The notes under the pieces were generated by a model. The model was given only the letters and a program-made list of their open reading frames with translations, made no database searches and was not told the origin of the DNA. The position numbers were made by a program, and so were the translations under genes. Positions 28,964-38,226 of a DNA stretch of 64,000 nt are shown here, piece by piece. Positions within the stretch are counted from its first letter, which is position 1. Every line of letters starts with the position of its first letter. The stretch covers positions 1 through 64,000 of the forward strand of contig CBEUCH010000007.1 in NCBI GenBank assembly GCA_965541585.1, written 5' to 3'. This stretch comes from an uncultured bacterium (GTDB lineage Bacteria; Zixibacteria; MSB-5A5; UBA10806).

Positions 28964-30764
28964 AGCTTGCTACCCCGCTTTTATTCTTAAACTGTAGATG
29001 GAATAATTTTGAATAGTATCCGTTCTGCAGAATAAGATCCGTATGGTTTCCGCGTTCGATTATCTCGCCGCGCTTCACTACCAGGATTTCATCGACATCG
29101 AGAATGGTGGACAGACGGTGAGCGATGATTAGCGAGGTCCGTCCTGCCATCAATTTTTTAAGGGATTTCTGGATGGTTCTTTCTGTATCGGGGTCGACCG
29201 AGCTCGTCGCCTCATCGAGAATCAAAACATCGGGATTGGCCGCCAGGGCCCGGGCAAACGAGAGAAGCTGTCGCTCACCGCGACTGAAATTAGCGCCTTT
29301 TTCCGAAATCTCCGTATCATAACCTTTAGGGAGTTTTCTGATAAACCTGTCGGCATCAACTATACCTGCAGCCGTTAAGATTTCCTCATTTGAGATTTCT
29401 TTTGATTCTAAGGCTATGTTCGATTTGATATCGCCCGGAAACAGGAATATATCCTGTAAGACAAGGGCGAAGCGCCGCCGAAGTTCTGATTTCGGGATGT
29501 CACGGATGTCTATACCATCCACCATGATCCGTCCCTGCTGCGGATCGTAGAACCGCAGAAGCAGGGATATTATGGTGGATTTTCCCCCTCCCGTAACACC
29601 GGCCAGGGCGGCCAGCCTTCCGACAGGCAATTCAAAAGAGATGTTCTTCAATACGAAATTGTCACTGCCGTCATAAGAGAACCAGACGTTCTCGAAGCTG
29701 ATTCCCTTCGAGAGACCTTTCCATTCAATCGGTCTGACCGGTTCAGGGAGAATCTGATGATTTGACAGCAGGGCGAAAATTCTCCTGGCACCCGCTCCCG
29801 CCTTCTGAATATTCGAGAACTGCTCGGAGGATCGGTAGATCGGCTCGTAAGAACGCCAGATTAGAATTATGAACATGCTCAGGATACCGACAGTCATTTC
29901 TCCCGATTCGATCCAGCGGGCGCCCAGATAAAGCACTGTCCCGATTATCAGGTATTGACTAAAGAAGATGATATTGAAAAACAGGATTACGGCGATATTT
30001 ACGAAAAGATCCGGCCGGAATTTCTCTCTGTTGGCCTGATCGATTTTCTTTCTGGCCCAGACGCCTCTGTGGAATATCTGGATTATGGAGGTTCCATGCA
30101 AGAGTTCAGTTATAGCGCCGGTCAGCTCCGCCATCTTCTTGCGCACCTCCAGGAAGCGCGGTGTAGTCTTCCTTTCGAATACATATATCAAACAAGCGAT
30201 CATGGGAAACATGACTGCAAATGCGGAGGCCAAACGCCAGCTATAGAAGAACATCACCGCAAATATCCCGATTATGAGCACCAGATCTCCAAGCAAGGTT
30301 ATCACCGTGTTTGTGAAGAGTAACCTCAAGGATTCAGTGTCTGATTCAACTCTGGCCAGGAGGCGGCCCACCGGATTTTTATCGAAGAACGAGATTCTCA
30401 TCGAAAGGATATGGGTAAAAAGCCGGGTTTTAAGTTCCAGCATAATTTCCTGGCCGATTATCTCGAGCTTTACTCTGTGAACATATTGAAGAATCAGGGC
30501 TACAATCTGAATCAACCCTATAAGTAGCGTGGTCACTATCAGAGCCCCGAAATTGCCCTCGGCTATATCTATATCCATAGCCCTCTGTAAGAGAATGGGC
30601 CAGCTCAATGAGAGCGTTGTCGCTCCCAGAAGGAGACCAAAGCAAACCAGAAGAGGCCTCTTATGTTTTTTCAGATAAGGCAGGAGCAAGGAGAACGCTT
30701 TTCTTGAGCTGATATCCTGCTCCCGGTCATTTATCTTTTCGTCTTCGTAAATGTTAGCGTTCAT
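28953..30764 (-). CDS. Heterodimeric multidrug-type ABC exporter, consensus-site subunit
   Basis: GVTGGGKS, degenerate signature FSRGERQ and ILDEATSSVD; overlaps its partner gene. Confidence 0.9.
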   Translation of the reverse strand: MNANIYEDEKINDREQDISSRKAFSLLLPYLKKHKRPLLVCFGLLLGATTLSLSWPILLQRAMDIDIAEGNFGALIVTTLLIGLIQIVALILQYVHRVKLEIIGQEIMLELKTRLFTHILSMRISFFDKNPVGRLLARVESDTESLRLLFTNTVITLLGDLVLIIGIFAVMFFYSWRLASAFAVMFPMIACLIYVFERKTTPRFLEVRKKMAELTGAITELLHGTSIIQIFHRGVWARKKIDQANREKFRPDLFVNIAVILFFNIIFFSQYLIIGTVLYLGARWIESGEMTVGILSMFIILIWRSYEPIYRSSEQFSNIQKAGAGARRIFALLSNHQILPEPVRPIEWKGLSKGISFENVWFSYDGSDNFVLKNISFELPVGRLAALAGVTGGGKSTIISLLLRFYDPQQGRIMVDGIDIRDIPKSELRRRFALVLQDIFLFPGDIKSNIALESKEISNEEILTAAGIVDADRFIRKLPKGYDTEISEKGANFSRGERQLLSFARALAANPDVLILDEATSSVDPDTERTIQKSLKKLMAGRTSLIIAHRLSTILDVDEILVVKRGEIIERGNHTDLILQNGYYSKLFHLQFKNKSGVASYAG

Positions 30765-30816
30765 ATTGTCATCCTACCGTTTTTGTCGCAATCTGAATCG
30801 GATTCGCGCAGGCAAC

Positions 30817-30848
30817 AAAAAACCCGCCGAACCTGAGGGTGCGGCGGG
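30817..30848 (-). terminator. Intrinsic terminator (attenuator) upstream of the ABC exporter operon
   Basis: Minus strand CCCGCCG-loop-CGGCGGG followed by TTTTTT, about 50 nt before the ABC start codon. Confidence 0.85.
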
Positions 30849-30869
30849 CTGGATTCAAAACTATTTTCC

Positions 30870-30944
30870 TTACGTTTCGGATATACTACTCCCGCCGCAG
30901 ATTTTGCCGGTCGTGCTTAGTTCTGTAATCGGATTCCTAATCAT
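30870..30944 (-). CDS. Putative 24-aa leader peptide MIRNPITELSTTGKICGGSSISET
   Basis: ATG 30944 to TAA 30870, purine-rich upstream. Codons TGC GGC GGG are complementary to the terminator 5' arm. Confidence 0.65.
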   Translation of the reverse strand: MIRNPITELSTTGKICGGSSISET

Positions 30945-31363
30945 TTTTCCACCCCAATCTTTCTGGGAATACGGGCAATACCCAAAACTTGTTTCAAAGA
31001 TTTAACAAAGTCCTCGGTATGTCAAGCAAATTCTCGAAAAAACAGGCCTTTACGGGGGTGATTTTCTATTAGCCGGAAATCTGATGAACATGCCGGAATC
31101 CTACAGAGCCTCACCGGATGGACAGGGGAAGGCATGCCGGCAGCCGGTGGGAAATAAATCGATCCTCCGTTACCTTTCTAATGATGCCAAGAGGACCAAA
31201 TGAGGCTTATATCTTAAAAAAAGGACGTAAATTAGATATAGGAATCGCCACGCGCCAGAAACCTTATAGATATTCAGCCGGTGGCTTTATTTTCCTCAAA
31301 AAATGACGAATTAATAGGATGTATGCGAATGATCTATAGTTAGTTGAGGGAAGTCGAGGCGGT

Positions 31364-32224
31364 ATGCTCATCATTATAGGATTTCTTGTTGTCTTCTTCT
31401 CGGTGATTGGCGGATTCGTGATGGAGGGAGGCCACCTTCTGGTGCTGTTTCAACCGGCCGAGTTCTTGATCATCGGTGGCGCCATGATAGGATCGGTCCT
31501 AGTTTCACTTCCGATAAAAACACTTAAGCTGATGTTAGCGCAGATCAAGGGAACTCTGGGAACGCCGCCAGCCAAGGAATCCTATACCAATCTCATGGTG
31601 ATGCTCTACGAGATATTTCAGCTAGCCAGGAAGGATGGCCTGGTGGCGCTCGAATCCCATATAGAAAAGCCGCATGAAAGCCCGGTGTTGTCGAAATATC
31701 CGGAATTTCTCGCAAATCATCACCTGCTTGATTTCTTTGCCGATACCATGCGCCTGATACAGTCTGGTGTGGTGCCGGCGCACGACCTGGAGGCCTTGAT
31801 TGACACCGATCTGGAAGTTCATCATGAGCAGATAAGCAAGCCGCCGGCAGCGCTTGCCAAGGTCGGCGATTCGTTGCCCGGTCTCGGAATCGTGGCCGCG
31901 GTCCTCGGCGTGATCATTACAATGGGTGCCATCGGCGGCCCACCCGAAGTGATCGGGCATAAGGTGGGAGCAGCTCTGGTCGGAACTTTCCTCGGCATTT
32001 TGCTCTGCTACGGCTTCGTTCAGCCTCTGGCCACCAATATGGAAAACGTGAACCTTGAAAATACACAGTGTTACCAGATAGTCAAGTATGCGCTCATCGG
32101 ATTTCACAAGGGGATGGCTCCATCCATAGCAGTTGAGCTTGGCCGCAGATCGATCGCGTCGGATATCAGGCCGGGATTTATAGAGCTTGAAGAAGCCTGC
32201 AGGCAAAGCCGGGAGAAAAAGTAA
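31364..32224 (+). CDS. motA: Flagellar-type motor stator protein MotA
   Basis: QPAEFLIIGG, ARKDGLVALE, PGLGIVAAVLG and ALVGTFLGI. Confidence 0.93.
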   Translation: MLIIIGFLVVFFSVIGGFVMEGGHLLVLFQPAEFLIIGGAMIGSVLVSLPIKTLKLMLAQIKGTLGTPPAKESYTNLMVMLYEIFQLARKDGLVALESHIEKPHESPVLSKYPEFLANHHLLDFFADTMRLIQSGVVPAHDLEALIDTDLEVHHEQISKPPAALAKVGDSLPGLGIVAAVLGVIITMGAIGGPPEVIGHKVGAALVGTFLGILLCYGFVQPLATNMENVNLENTQCYQIVKYALIGFHKGMAPSIAVELGRRSIASDIRPGFIELEEACRQSREKK

Positions 32225-32227
32225 ACG

Positions 32228-33100
32228 ATGAGTGTCGAAGAGCAACAACCTATAATAATCGTCAAGAAAAAAGGCGGACATGGCGGCCACCATGGCGGAG
32301 CCTGGAAGGTTGCCTATGCCGATTTTGTCACTGCCATGATGGCCTTTTTTCTTGTGATGTGGCTGGTAAGCCAGGACGAGGTCGTAAAGTACAATGTTGC
32401 CGGATATTTCAATGATCCTGCCAGCTGGGGGAAGGAGGGGAAGAATTCTATCCTGGAAGGTGGAGCATCCATACTTCCCAGTTCACATGCGCCACTTCCC
32501 CGGCAGCAAAGGGAAATAGAGGCCGCCAGGAAGACATTGGAGAAAACCGGCAATACCATAAGAGAGGCTCTACAGGGCATACCCGATTTCGAGTCGATCA
32601 ATGAGCACCTGAAAATAGAGATGACTCCGGAAGGGTTGCGAATACAGTTGATAGAGGCCGCCAGCACCAGCGACGATTCCTCGTATTTCTTCGATCTGGG
32701 AAGTCCCTATCTCTCTGAAAAAGGGGCGGCCATACTATCGGTTATCGCAGCCAACCTGGGAAAACTCGAACACCGGATCGTGATCGAAGGGCACACAGAC
32801 AGCAGAAGATATACCTACAATCAGAAATATTCGAACTGGGAGTTGTCGGCCGATCGCGCCAACAGCTCCAGGAAACTCATGGAGGAGAAGGGGCTTTACG
32901 AAGACCAGGTTTTTGAGATCCGCGGCTACGCGGCCAACAGGCCGATGATTAAGGAAAATCCTCTGGATGCCAGAAACAGGCGAATCGCAATACTTATGCT
33001 GGTCGATGATCCCTCGAAAGTAGATTTATCAGGAATCAAACCGATCTCAATGGAATTGCCATCCCCGGATGCTGCAAGCAGATCCGATTCTCGATATTGA
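32228..33100 (+). CDS. motB: Flagellar-type motor stator protein MotB (OmpA-like peptidoglycan-binding domain)
   Basis: WKVAYADFVTAMMAFFLVMW, EGHTD, NWELSADRA and NRRI. Confidence 0.93.
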   Translation: MSVEEQQPIIIVKKKGGHGGHHGGAWKVAYADFVTAMMAFFLVMWLVSQDEVVKYNVAGYFNDPASWGKEGKNSILEGGASILPSSHAPLPRQQREIEAARKTLEKTGNTIREALQGIPDFESINEHLKIEMTPEGLRIQLIEAASTSDDSSYFFDLGSPYLSEKGAAILSVIAANLGKLEHRIVIEGHTDSRRYTYNQKYSNWELSADRANSSRKLMEEKGLYEDQVFEIRGYAANRPMIKENPLDARNRRIAILMLVDDPSKVDLSGIKPISMELPSPDAASRSDSRY

Positions 33101-33218
33101 TTCTAAACTTCTAAATCTAACCATAACGATAATGTGTATACTGCAAACATCGGGATAAAAACGGTCCTCGAGCGCTGAGCAACACATAGATGTCCTCATT
33201 CGGCGAAATTCATAAGAA

Positions 33219-33262
33219 TTGACCACCGCTATTAGTTGATATACATTTCGTCATATGGCGAA
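33219..33262 (+). promoter_or_regulatory. sigma70 promoter with an overlapping palindromic, ArsR/SmtB-like operator
   Basis: TTGACC-17 nt-TACATT (33219-33247), then the imperfect palindrome TTCGTCATATGGCGAA (33247-33262). Confidence 0.6.
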
Positions 33263-33289
33263 CAAAAGTGAATATCTAAAAGGATAGAA

Positions 33290-34342
33290 GTGATGGCATC
33301 ACCTGCACGTAGAAGGCTATCGTTTCTGGATCGGTATTTGACGTTATGGATTTTCCTGGCTATGGCGGTGGGCATTGGAGGGGGATACCTTCTTCCTGAA
33401 ACTCAGGAGTTTATTGGCGTTTTCCAGATAGGCACGACTAATATCCTGATCGCAATCGGTCTGATACTCATGATGTATCCGCCGCTGGCTAGTGTAAAAT
33501 ACGAAGAGCTGGGGAAGGTATTTCGCAACTGGCGGATACTGCTTCTGTCTCTTTTGCAGAACTGGGTGATCGGGCCGATATTGATGTTTTTCCTGGCCAT
33601 CATCTTTCTTGGAGGCCATCCCGATTATATGGCGGGGCTTATCCTGATCGGCCTGGCTCGCTGCATAGCCATGGTGATTGTCTGGAACCAGCTGGCCGAC
33701 GGCGATTCCGAGTATGCGGCCGGTCTGGTAGCGTTAAACAGCATATTCCAGGTGTTTTTCTACAGCATCTACGCCTGGGTGTTTATCACCATACTTCCCG
33801 GCTGGTTCGGGCTCGAGGGGGCCATAGTGGAGATCACTATCGGGCAGATAGCAAAAAGCGTATTCATATATCTGGGGATTCCCTTCCTGGCCGGCATGAT
33901 CACCCGGTTTTCGCTGATCCGTCTCATGGGGAAGGACTGGTATCAAACGAAATTCGTGCCGAAGATAAATCCCATTACGCTGGTGGCCCTGCTTTTCACG
34001 ATCGTGGTCATGTTCAGCTTGAAGGGTAATGTTATTATAAGCATTCCGTTCGACGTCATCCGGATCGCCATACCTCTTCTGATCTATTTTGTACTTATGT
34101 TTTTCATAAGCTTCTTCTTAAGCAAGAAGGCCGGCGCCGATTATCCGAAATCGGCATCGCTATCGTTCACCGCCGCCTCCAACAATTTCGAGCTGGCCAT
34201 AGCGGTGGCGGTGGCGGTCTTCGGTATCGACAGCGGACAGGCCTTCGCGGCCGTGATCGGCCCGCTGGTGGAGGTGCCGGTGTTGATAGGGCTGGTCAAC
34301 GTCTCCCTGCGGTTAAGAGCCAGGTATTTCCAGAACGGCTGA
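33290..34342 (+). CDS. acr3: ACR3-family arsenite efflux transporter
   Basis: [39 protein letters not shown] and GPLVEVPV. Confidence 0.95.
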   Translation: MMASPARRRLSFLDRYLTLWIFLAMAVGIGGGYLLPETQEFIGVFQIGTTNILIAIGLILMMYPPLASVKYEELGKVFRNWRILLLSLLQNWVIGPILMFFLAIIFLGGHPDYMAGLILIGLARCIAMVIVWNQLADGDSEYAAGLVALNSIFQVFFYSIYAWVFITILPGWFGLEGAIVEITIGQIAKSVFIYLGIPFLAGMITRFSLIRLMGKDWYQTKFVPKINPITLVALLFTIVVMFSLKGNVIISIPFDVIRIAIPLLIYFVLMFFISFFLSKKAGADYPKSASLSFTAASNNFELAIAVAVAVFGIDSGQAFAAVIGPLVEVPVLIGLVNVSLRLRARYFQNG

Positions 34343-34398
34343 TTTCAATCAAAATGATTCCAATAATGAATTTTTTTTCTGGTTATACTTTAGCAAGA

Positions 34399-34453
34399 AC
34401 CGGCGGGGATGAGGCGCCAGCATAAGCCTTGTCCGGTGCATGCGTTGATAGGC
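34399..34453 (-). repeat. Degenerate, truncated attC-like site
   Basis: Minus strand just after the stop codon: GCCTATC aacgcatgcaccggac...cccgccggt. R'' is mutated and R' is missing. Confidence 0.45.
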
Positions 34454-34456
34454 ATT

Positions 34457-35218
34457 CTATGGCGTTGGGGGCAAAGGCCAGTTTTTCATGAAGGCTTCGA
34501 CAACAATATCATCGAGTTGTTCTTTAGTTATTCCATATTGCTTAGTAATCTCTTTATCGTACTTCTCTGTCAACGAATCGCGAACTTTCGCATAATTCTC
34601 TATATATGCCCTGGCCTTATCTTTCGAGTAGCTCCTTATAGGGGTCTGAGGATAGGAGAGTGGGTACATTTGCTCCGCTTCCTCATTGGCACGGTCTTCA
34701 GCCATAACGGATGCCCTGAATATCTCTTTACGTATGGATTCCGTAAGGCCGTGCTTGATTTCCGGCTTCGCGCCGAGTTGCGAGATCAGTTCCGTCCTTA
34801 CTTCCATGGCAAGCGGTTCCCCTTTTTCATTCAAATGACTTAAATCCACCTTACTCAACCTGGCAATCCACTGCCCCGCGCCTGATTCGAAGTGTTCCTG
34901 AGACGTGAAGAGAAAAATGAACACATGGGTTGGCTTGCCTCCATGATGCTTGAAGTTGCCCGCAGCGTTGCCTTCATCGTATAGCTTCATGAGAAGTCGC
35001 TTGAGGCCAGGTTCTGTGATCGTACCCGAGACAACCACACCGAGTTCTAAAAGAGTCTTGATTTTCGAATCGTGTGTATCACGATGGATTTCAACGTACG
35101 CAGGTATGGGAACATCGGGCTGTTCTGTTGACTTCTGCTCTGTTTTCTTATCCGAGTCACCGCATCCTGCCAGGATAAGGGCCAGAATTACGGCTATGTA
35201 TCTGAATTGTATTTTCAT
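34457..35218 (-). CDS. Hypothetical lipoprotein (cassette gene)
   Basis: Start ATG 35218 with AAGGA upstream; signal MKIQFRYIAVILALILAG-C. Confidence 0.75.
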   Translation of the reverse strand: MKIQFRYIAVILALILAGCGDSDKKTEQKSTEQPDVPIPAYVEIHRDTHDSKIKTLLELGVVVSGTITEPGLKRLLMKLYDEGNAAGNFKHHGGKPTHVFIFLFTSQEHFESGAGQWIARLSKVDLSHLNEKGEPLAMEVRTELISQLGAKPEIKHGLTESIRKEIFRASVMAEDRANEEAEQMYPLSYPQTPIRSYSKDKARAYIENYAKVRDSLTEKYDKEITKQYGITKEQLDDIVVEAFMKNWPLPPTP

Positions 35219-35297
35219 TGGATATTCCTTTCTTGTCTCTGCATTAAGCGTTCTAATTCTTCTACTCTTCATTTATCGTCTAAACTTATCGGTAAGG
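35161..35297. repeat. Repeat E copy 1 (upstream region, RBS and lipoprotein signal); copy 2 at ~35824-35960
   Basis: Both copies read cgcatcctgccaggataagggccagaattacggct..tatctgaattgt.ttttcattggatatt...ttcttgtctctgc. Confidence 0.9.
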
Positions 35298-35299
35298 AT

Positions 35300-35343
35300 G
35301 GAGCGCAGAGGCCTTTTAGTCGGTTGCATTTACGTTGTTAGCC
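35300..35343 (-). repeat. Left half of an attC-like site fused to repeat E
   Basis: Minus strand GGCTAAC aacgtaaatgcaaccgac; no matching R'. Confidence 0.55.
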
Positions 35344-35404
35344 CTTAATTTTTATGTGATAAAAAACGCCTTGAAAGATAGGTGGTTTCAGCCTGTCTGA
35401 ATTG

Positions 35405-35881
35405 TTACTCTTGCCAGTCCATCAGGATCATACAGATGGCTGCCATAGAAGCAACCTCTTGATTCGTATATATCCTACTATTAAGCAATGAATCAGGTTC
35501 GGCTTTCGTCGCCTCATCTAAGCAATCAACTAGTTCTTGAGCATATGGTTTCAGCGATTCCACAGACGTAATTGAGGATTGTATTTGTGGCTTAAATTTT
35601 TCGGCCATCCATATATTAGAAACGAAGTCGGCACAGGTAGCCAACTTATTTGCACTTGAAGCACCTTGCCAATCTATAGCTGATTTGTCGTGTAGCGAGC
35701 CACCTGAATACCACGCAGAATCGTCGCTTTCCCTGAGTTTGGATTCCGGAAGCTCTGGCTTGATTTCCGACTTTGCGTTAGGCTCTGTTTTCTTGTTTGA
35801 AGAATCTTGCTGTTGCGAGCCCCCGCATCCTGCCAGGATAAGGGCCAGAATTACGGCTGCGTATCTGAATTGTTTTTTCAT
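35405..35881 (-). CDS. Hypothetical lipoprotein (cassette gene)
   Basis: Signal MKKQFRYAAVILALILAG-C from ATG 35881; mature part contains WYSGGSLH and is unrelated to the neighbouring lipoprotein. Confidence 0.75.
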   Translation of the reverse strand: MKKQFRYAAVILALILAGCGGSQQQDSSNKKTEPNAKSEIKPELPESKLRESDDSAWYSGGSLHDKSAIDWQGASSANKLATCADFVSNIWMAEKFKPQIQSSITSVESLKPYAQELVDCLDEATKAEPDSLLNSRIYTNQEVASMAAICMILMDWQE

Positions 35882-35983
35882 TGGATATTTCTTTCTTGTC
35901 TCTGCGATAAGCATTTTAATTCTCCTACTCTTTAATTATTGTCTAAAATTATAGGTTAAGCGGCTCTATCCTGTATCAAATGG

Positions 35984-36190
35984 TTATCTTGTATGACATT
36001 CGGGACAGCACCAAAAACATCCATCAACATTTGAATAAATAGTTTTTGCCTTCTTGGCTGCATCTTTGCAATCTGAATGCATCCCCAAAGACGTTTTGCT
36101 CTTAATTAGCGGAAGATGACTGCAGCTCTTTTTGTGCACTTCATGCTCTCCGGTGTCCTGTGCTCTGTCATTTACGTAATAACGTTTCAT
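35984..36190 (-). CDS. Small Cys/His-rich, probably metal-binding protein
   Basis: HEVH...C.HLP...C...DGCFWCCPECH; GAGGAG upstream and its own promoter. Confidence 0.75.
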   Translation of the reverse strand: MKRYYVNDRAQDTGEHEVHKKSCSHLPLIKSKTSLGMHSDCKDAAKKAKTIYSNVDGCFWCCPECHTR

Positions 36191-36271
36191 CTTTCACTCC
36201 TCTCGATTGTGTGTAGTTTTCAGGCAATTACTCACAACATACCATAATATATCCATTTTATTTTCTACCTT

Positions 36272-36300
36272 ATTATAATCTACCCAAGAGTCTATGTCAA
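36272..36300 (-). promoter_or_regulatory. Perfect-consensus sigma70 promoter, related to the module A promoter
   Basis: TTGACA-17 nt-TATAAT; the spacer shares TTGGGTAG with module A copy 1. Confidence 0.85.
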
Positions 36301-36385
36301 CAGCATTAAGAACAGATTGCAGGCCATTCCGCAGGCTAGCATCTGGTTTTGAAATTTATTATATCTACCTAGGCAAGAGTTGTGA

Positions 36386-36445
36386 GCCTAACGGACTGCC
36401 TTGAGCCGCCGCGTTTACACGGTAGGCTCAAAGGCTTTGTTCGCC
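36386..36445 (-). repeat. attC site
   Basis: GGCGAAC aaagcctttgagcc...ggctcaaggcagtcc GTTAGGC, just after the stop of the GIY-YIG gene. Confidence 0.8.
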
Positions 36446-36451
36446 GTTCCA

Positions 36452-36913
36452 TTAGTGTGTGTCAAAGTCATTGTATTTCGCCCCGGAAACAACAGCGACA
36501 TAGATTTCGAGAAGTGCTTGTTTCAACGGGTCTGACTCACCAACGAACCGAACTTCCATTCTTCGGATTCGGTCCTTTGCTGATTCATACGCTTGCCGAA
36601 ACTCTGGTCGAGACAGAAGGTCCCTTCGAGATCCCTCTTTCTTGTACGTGGCCTTCTTGATGCCTGTTGTTTCTCGTGCAAGGCGCCATGCAAACGGACA
36701 ATCCTCGGCTGTGCTAACATGCCCCTTCAACCTCTCCTTTATCTTCCTCTTCGTTCTGCCCGCATAAAGATGAGTACCGTTCTCGCTGAAGAGGTACACT
36801 CCGCCAACGGGGCATTCATTCGGAGTTGTGTCGATGGTAACAGGAGACATGGCCATGAGGTCCTCATATCTTCTGTGTAATCCGTCGATCAGATCCTTAA
36901 ATTTCTGGTCCAT
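36452..36913 (-). CDS. GIY-YIG nuclease-family protein (cassette gene)
   Basis: GVYLF-x7-YAGRT...R...H and a distal LE...KYN. Confidence 0.7.
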   Translation of the reverse strand: MDQKFKDLIDGLHRRYEDLMAMSPVTIDTTPNECPVGGVYLFSENGTHLYAGRTKRKIKERLKGHVSTAEDCPFAWRLARETTGIKKATYKKEGSRRDLLSRPEFRQAYESAKDRIRRMEVRFVGESDPLKQALLEIYVAVVSGAKYNDFDTH

Positions 36914-36948
36914 TATCTCTTCCGGCGTACAATGTTTATGCGGATCCG

Positions 36949-37097
36949 CATGTCAGACCTCCTCCTCGGGAATGCGGCTTCAAAGACTGATGGCCACTAT
37001 TCCTGCTATATTTAACAACTGGTGACACCTAACACCGCATCACTTACCATATTTTCACAATAGTATAGCCTACCCAATAATTAATGTCAACAAGAAT
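36949..37097 (-). promoter_or_regulatory. Module A copy 1: promoter, structured 5' leader, RBS and ATG
   Basis: TTGACA-17-TATACT (37090-37062), two hairpins and GAGGAGGAGG. Clearly homologous to 41063-41211. Confidence 0.8.
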
Positions 37098-37206
37098 CCG
37101 GGAAAACCGCAAAGATAAGCTTGCGATTTCCCCGGAGCCCCCGTGCGGTTTTGTCCGGGTTGAAATGAATGTCAGGCATTCGTTTGTATTGGGTCGCGAA
37201 CCGACT

Positions 37207-37276
37207 CTACTTTGACTGTGGAACGAGATCGAGCTGTTTATTCAGACTTAATAGATCCGGAATAAGCCACTGCTCC
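37207..37276 (-). pseudogene. 3' fragment of a second SnoaL-like ester cyclase gene (part of repeat C; ~37133-37276 matches ~38151-38296)
   Basis: Encodes EQWLIPDLLSLNKQLDLVPQSK*, versus EQWLLPDLLSSNQQLGLISESK* in the intact gene; the downstream non-coding DNA also matches. Confidence 0.85.
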
Positions 37277-37297
37277 GTCTGCAGCGCCGTGTTAGGC
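37277..37297 (-). repeat. Left half of an attC site fused to the ester-cyclase fragment
   Basis: Minus strand GCCTAAC acggcgctgcagac, followed directly by the pseudogene fragment. Confidence 0.65.
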
Positions 37298-37345
37298 AGA
37301 TAGCTTCACTCTTTAAGTTTAATGTCAAGACACGACCGTTCTTAA

Positions 37346-37858
37346 CTACTTATTATAAAATTCATTTAGAGCGTTCGAAATCAAGGCCCCCAGCCTTTTG
37401 CTCTCTTTCTCTAAGGTATCCTTTTTTGGTCCTTTGGGTGCCTTATAATGTTTATCGTTTACTATTTTGAGACGTTTCTCAAGATTTGGTTTAATGAATT
37501 TATGAAAAACGTTCTCCTTTTCTCCAGTGGTCTTGGCATCATTGATTTTCTTAATCGTATCTTGGATTCCCTCTTTCTCCTTCTTTAAACTCTCGATTTT
37601 GACAAGGAAGTGTGCGAGTAATTCTGCGATTCTCTCCGGGGGATTACCCATGTCTTTTAGTTTTTGTTCGAGGTCATTTTTCTTCTTTGTCGAGTCAATC
37701 TGCGCCTTATCCAACGCATTCGATTCTGCCTTCAACATTTTCAGTTTCTCAACCTTGGCCTTCTCGTATGCGCTTAATGTTTCAGGTTCCTCGCATCCAA
37801 TCACGACAGATGCAAGTACCACTGCTGATATAAGAACCACCATCTTTTTCATTGTCAA
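37346..37858 (-). CDS. Lys-rich coiled-coil hypothetical lipoprotein (cassette gene)
   Basis: Signal MKKMVVLISAVVLASVVIG-C; GGAGG upstream. Confidence 0.7.
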   Translation of the reverse strand: MTMKKMVVLISAVVLASVVIGCEEPETLSAYEKAKVEKLKMLKAESNALDKAQIDSTKKKNDLEQKLKDMGNPPERIAELLAHFLVKIESLKKEKEGIQDTIKKINDAKTTGEKENVFHKFIKPNLEKRLKIVNDKHYKAPKGPKKDTLEKESKRLGALISNALNEFYNK

Positions 37859-37950
37859 CCTCCCGGTATGATATTCGCCTTAGATGTTAGTTTTTTAAGA
37901 TATCCATAGCTTCTCCCTTTTTTACTTCACCTCCTCTTTAACAGATTATA

Positions 37951-38162
37951 GGCTGACTATGAATATATGGACCCCGTATAAGAACCCTACCAACGCTGAT
38001 TCTGTAGTATAAAACATTCGTAACCGTTCACAAATATTCTTAAGGTATCAGGCAATGAACACAACATCAAATGCCCGTCTCTTAAATTTGCAATACAGCT
38101 TATAACACATTCATGGTTGCAATGCAAGTGGAAAACACTTTTTTTTCAAGCGGAGGCCCGCG
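37951..38162 (-). promoter_or_regulatory. Module B copy 1: promoter plus attI-like end
   Basis: TTGCAT-17-TATAAG (38127-38099); ends ...catatattcataGTCAGCC. Homologous over ~212 bp to 43859-44071. Confidence 0.7.
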
Positions 38163-38226
38163 CTTGCTTTTTGTCCGGGTTGAAATAAATGTCAGGTATT
38201 CGTATGTAGTAGTTTGCGAATCCGCT

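Noticed and set aside
31030..31363. c-di-GMP riboswitch upstream of motA
   Set aside because: GC-rich stems are present, but I found no recognisable class I or II consensus.
31364..33100. Zorya ZorAB defence system
   Set aside because: MotA has no long cytoplasmic tail, the motifs are flagellar-type, and no zorC/D/E genes are adjacent.
38002..38017. LexA box in module B (CTGT-N8-ACAT)
   Set aside because: One mismatch here and two in the other copy; the LexA motif of this lineage is unknown to me.
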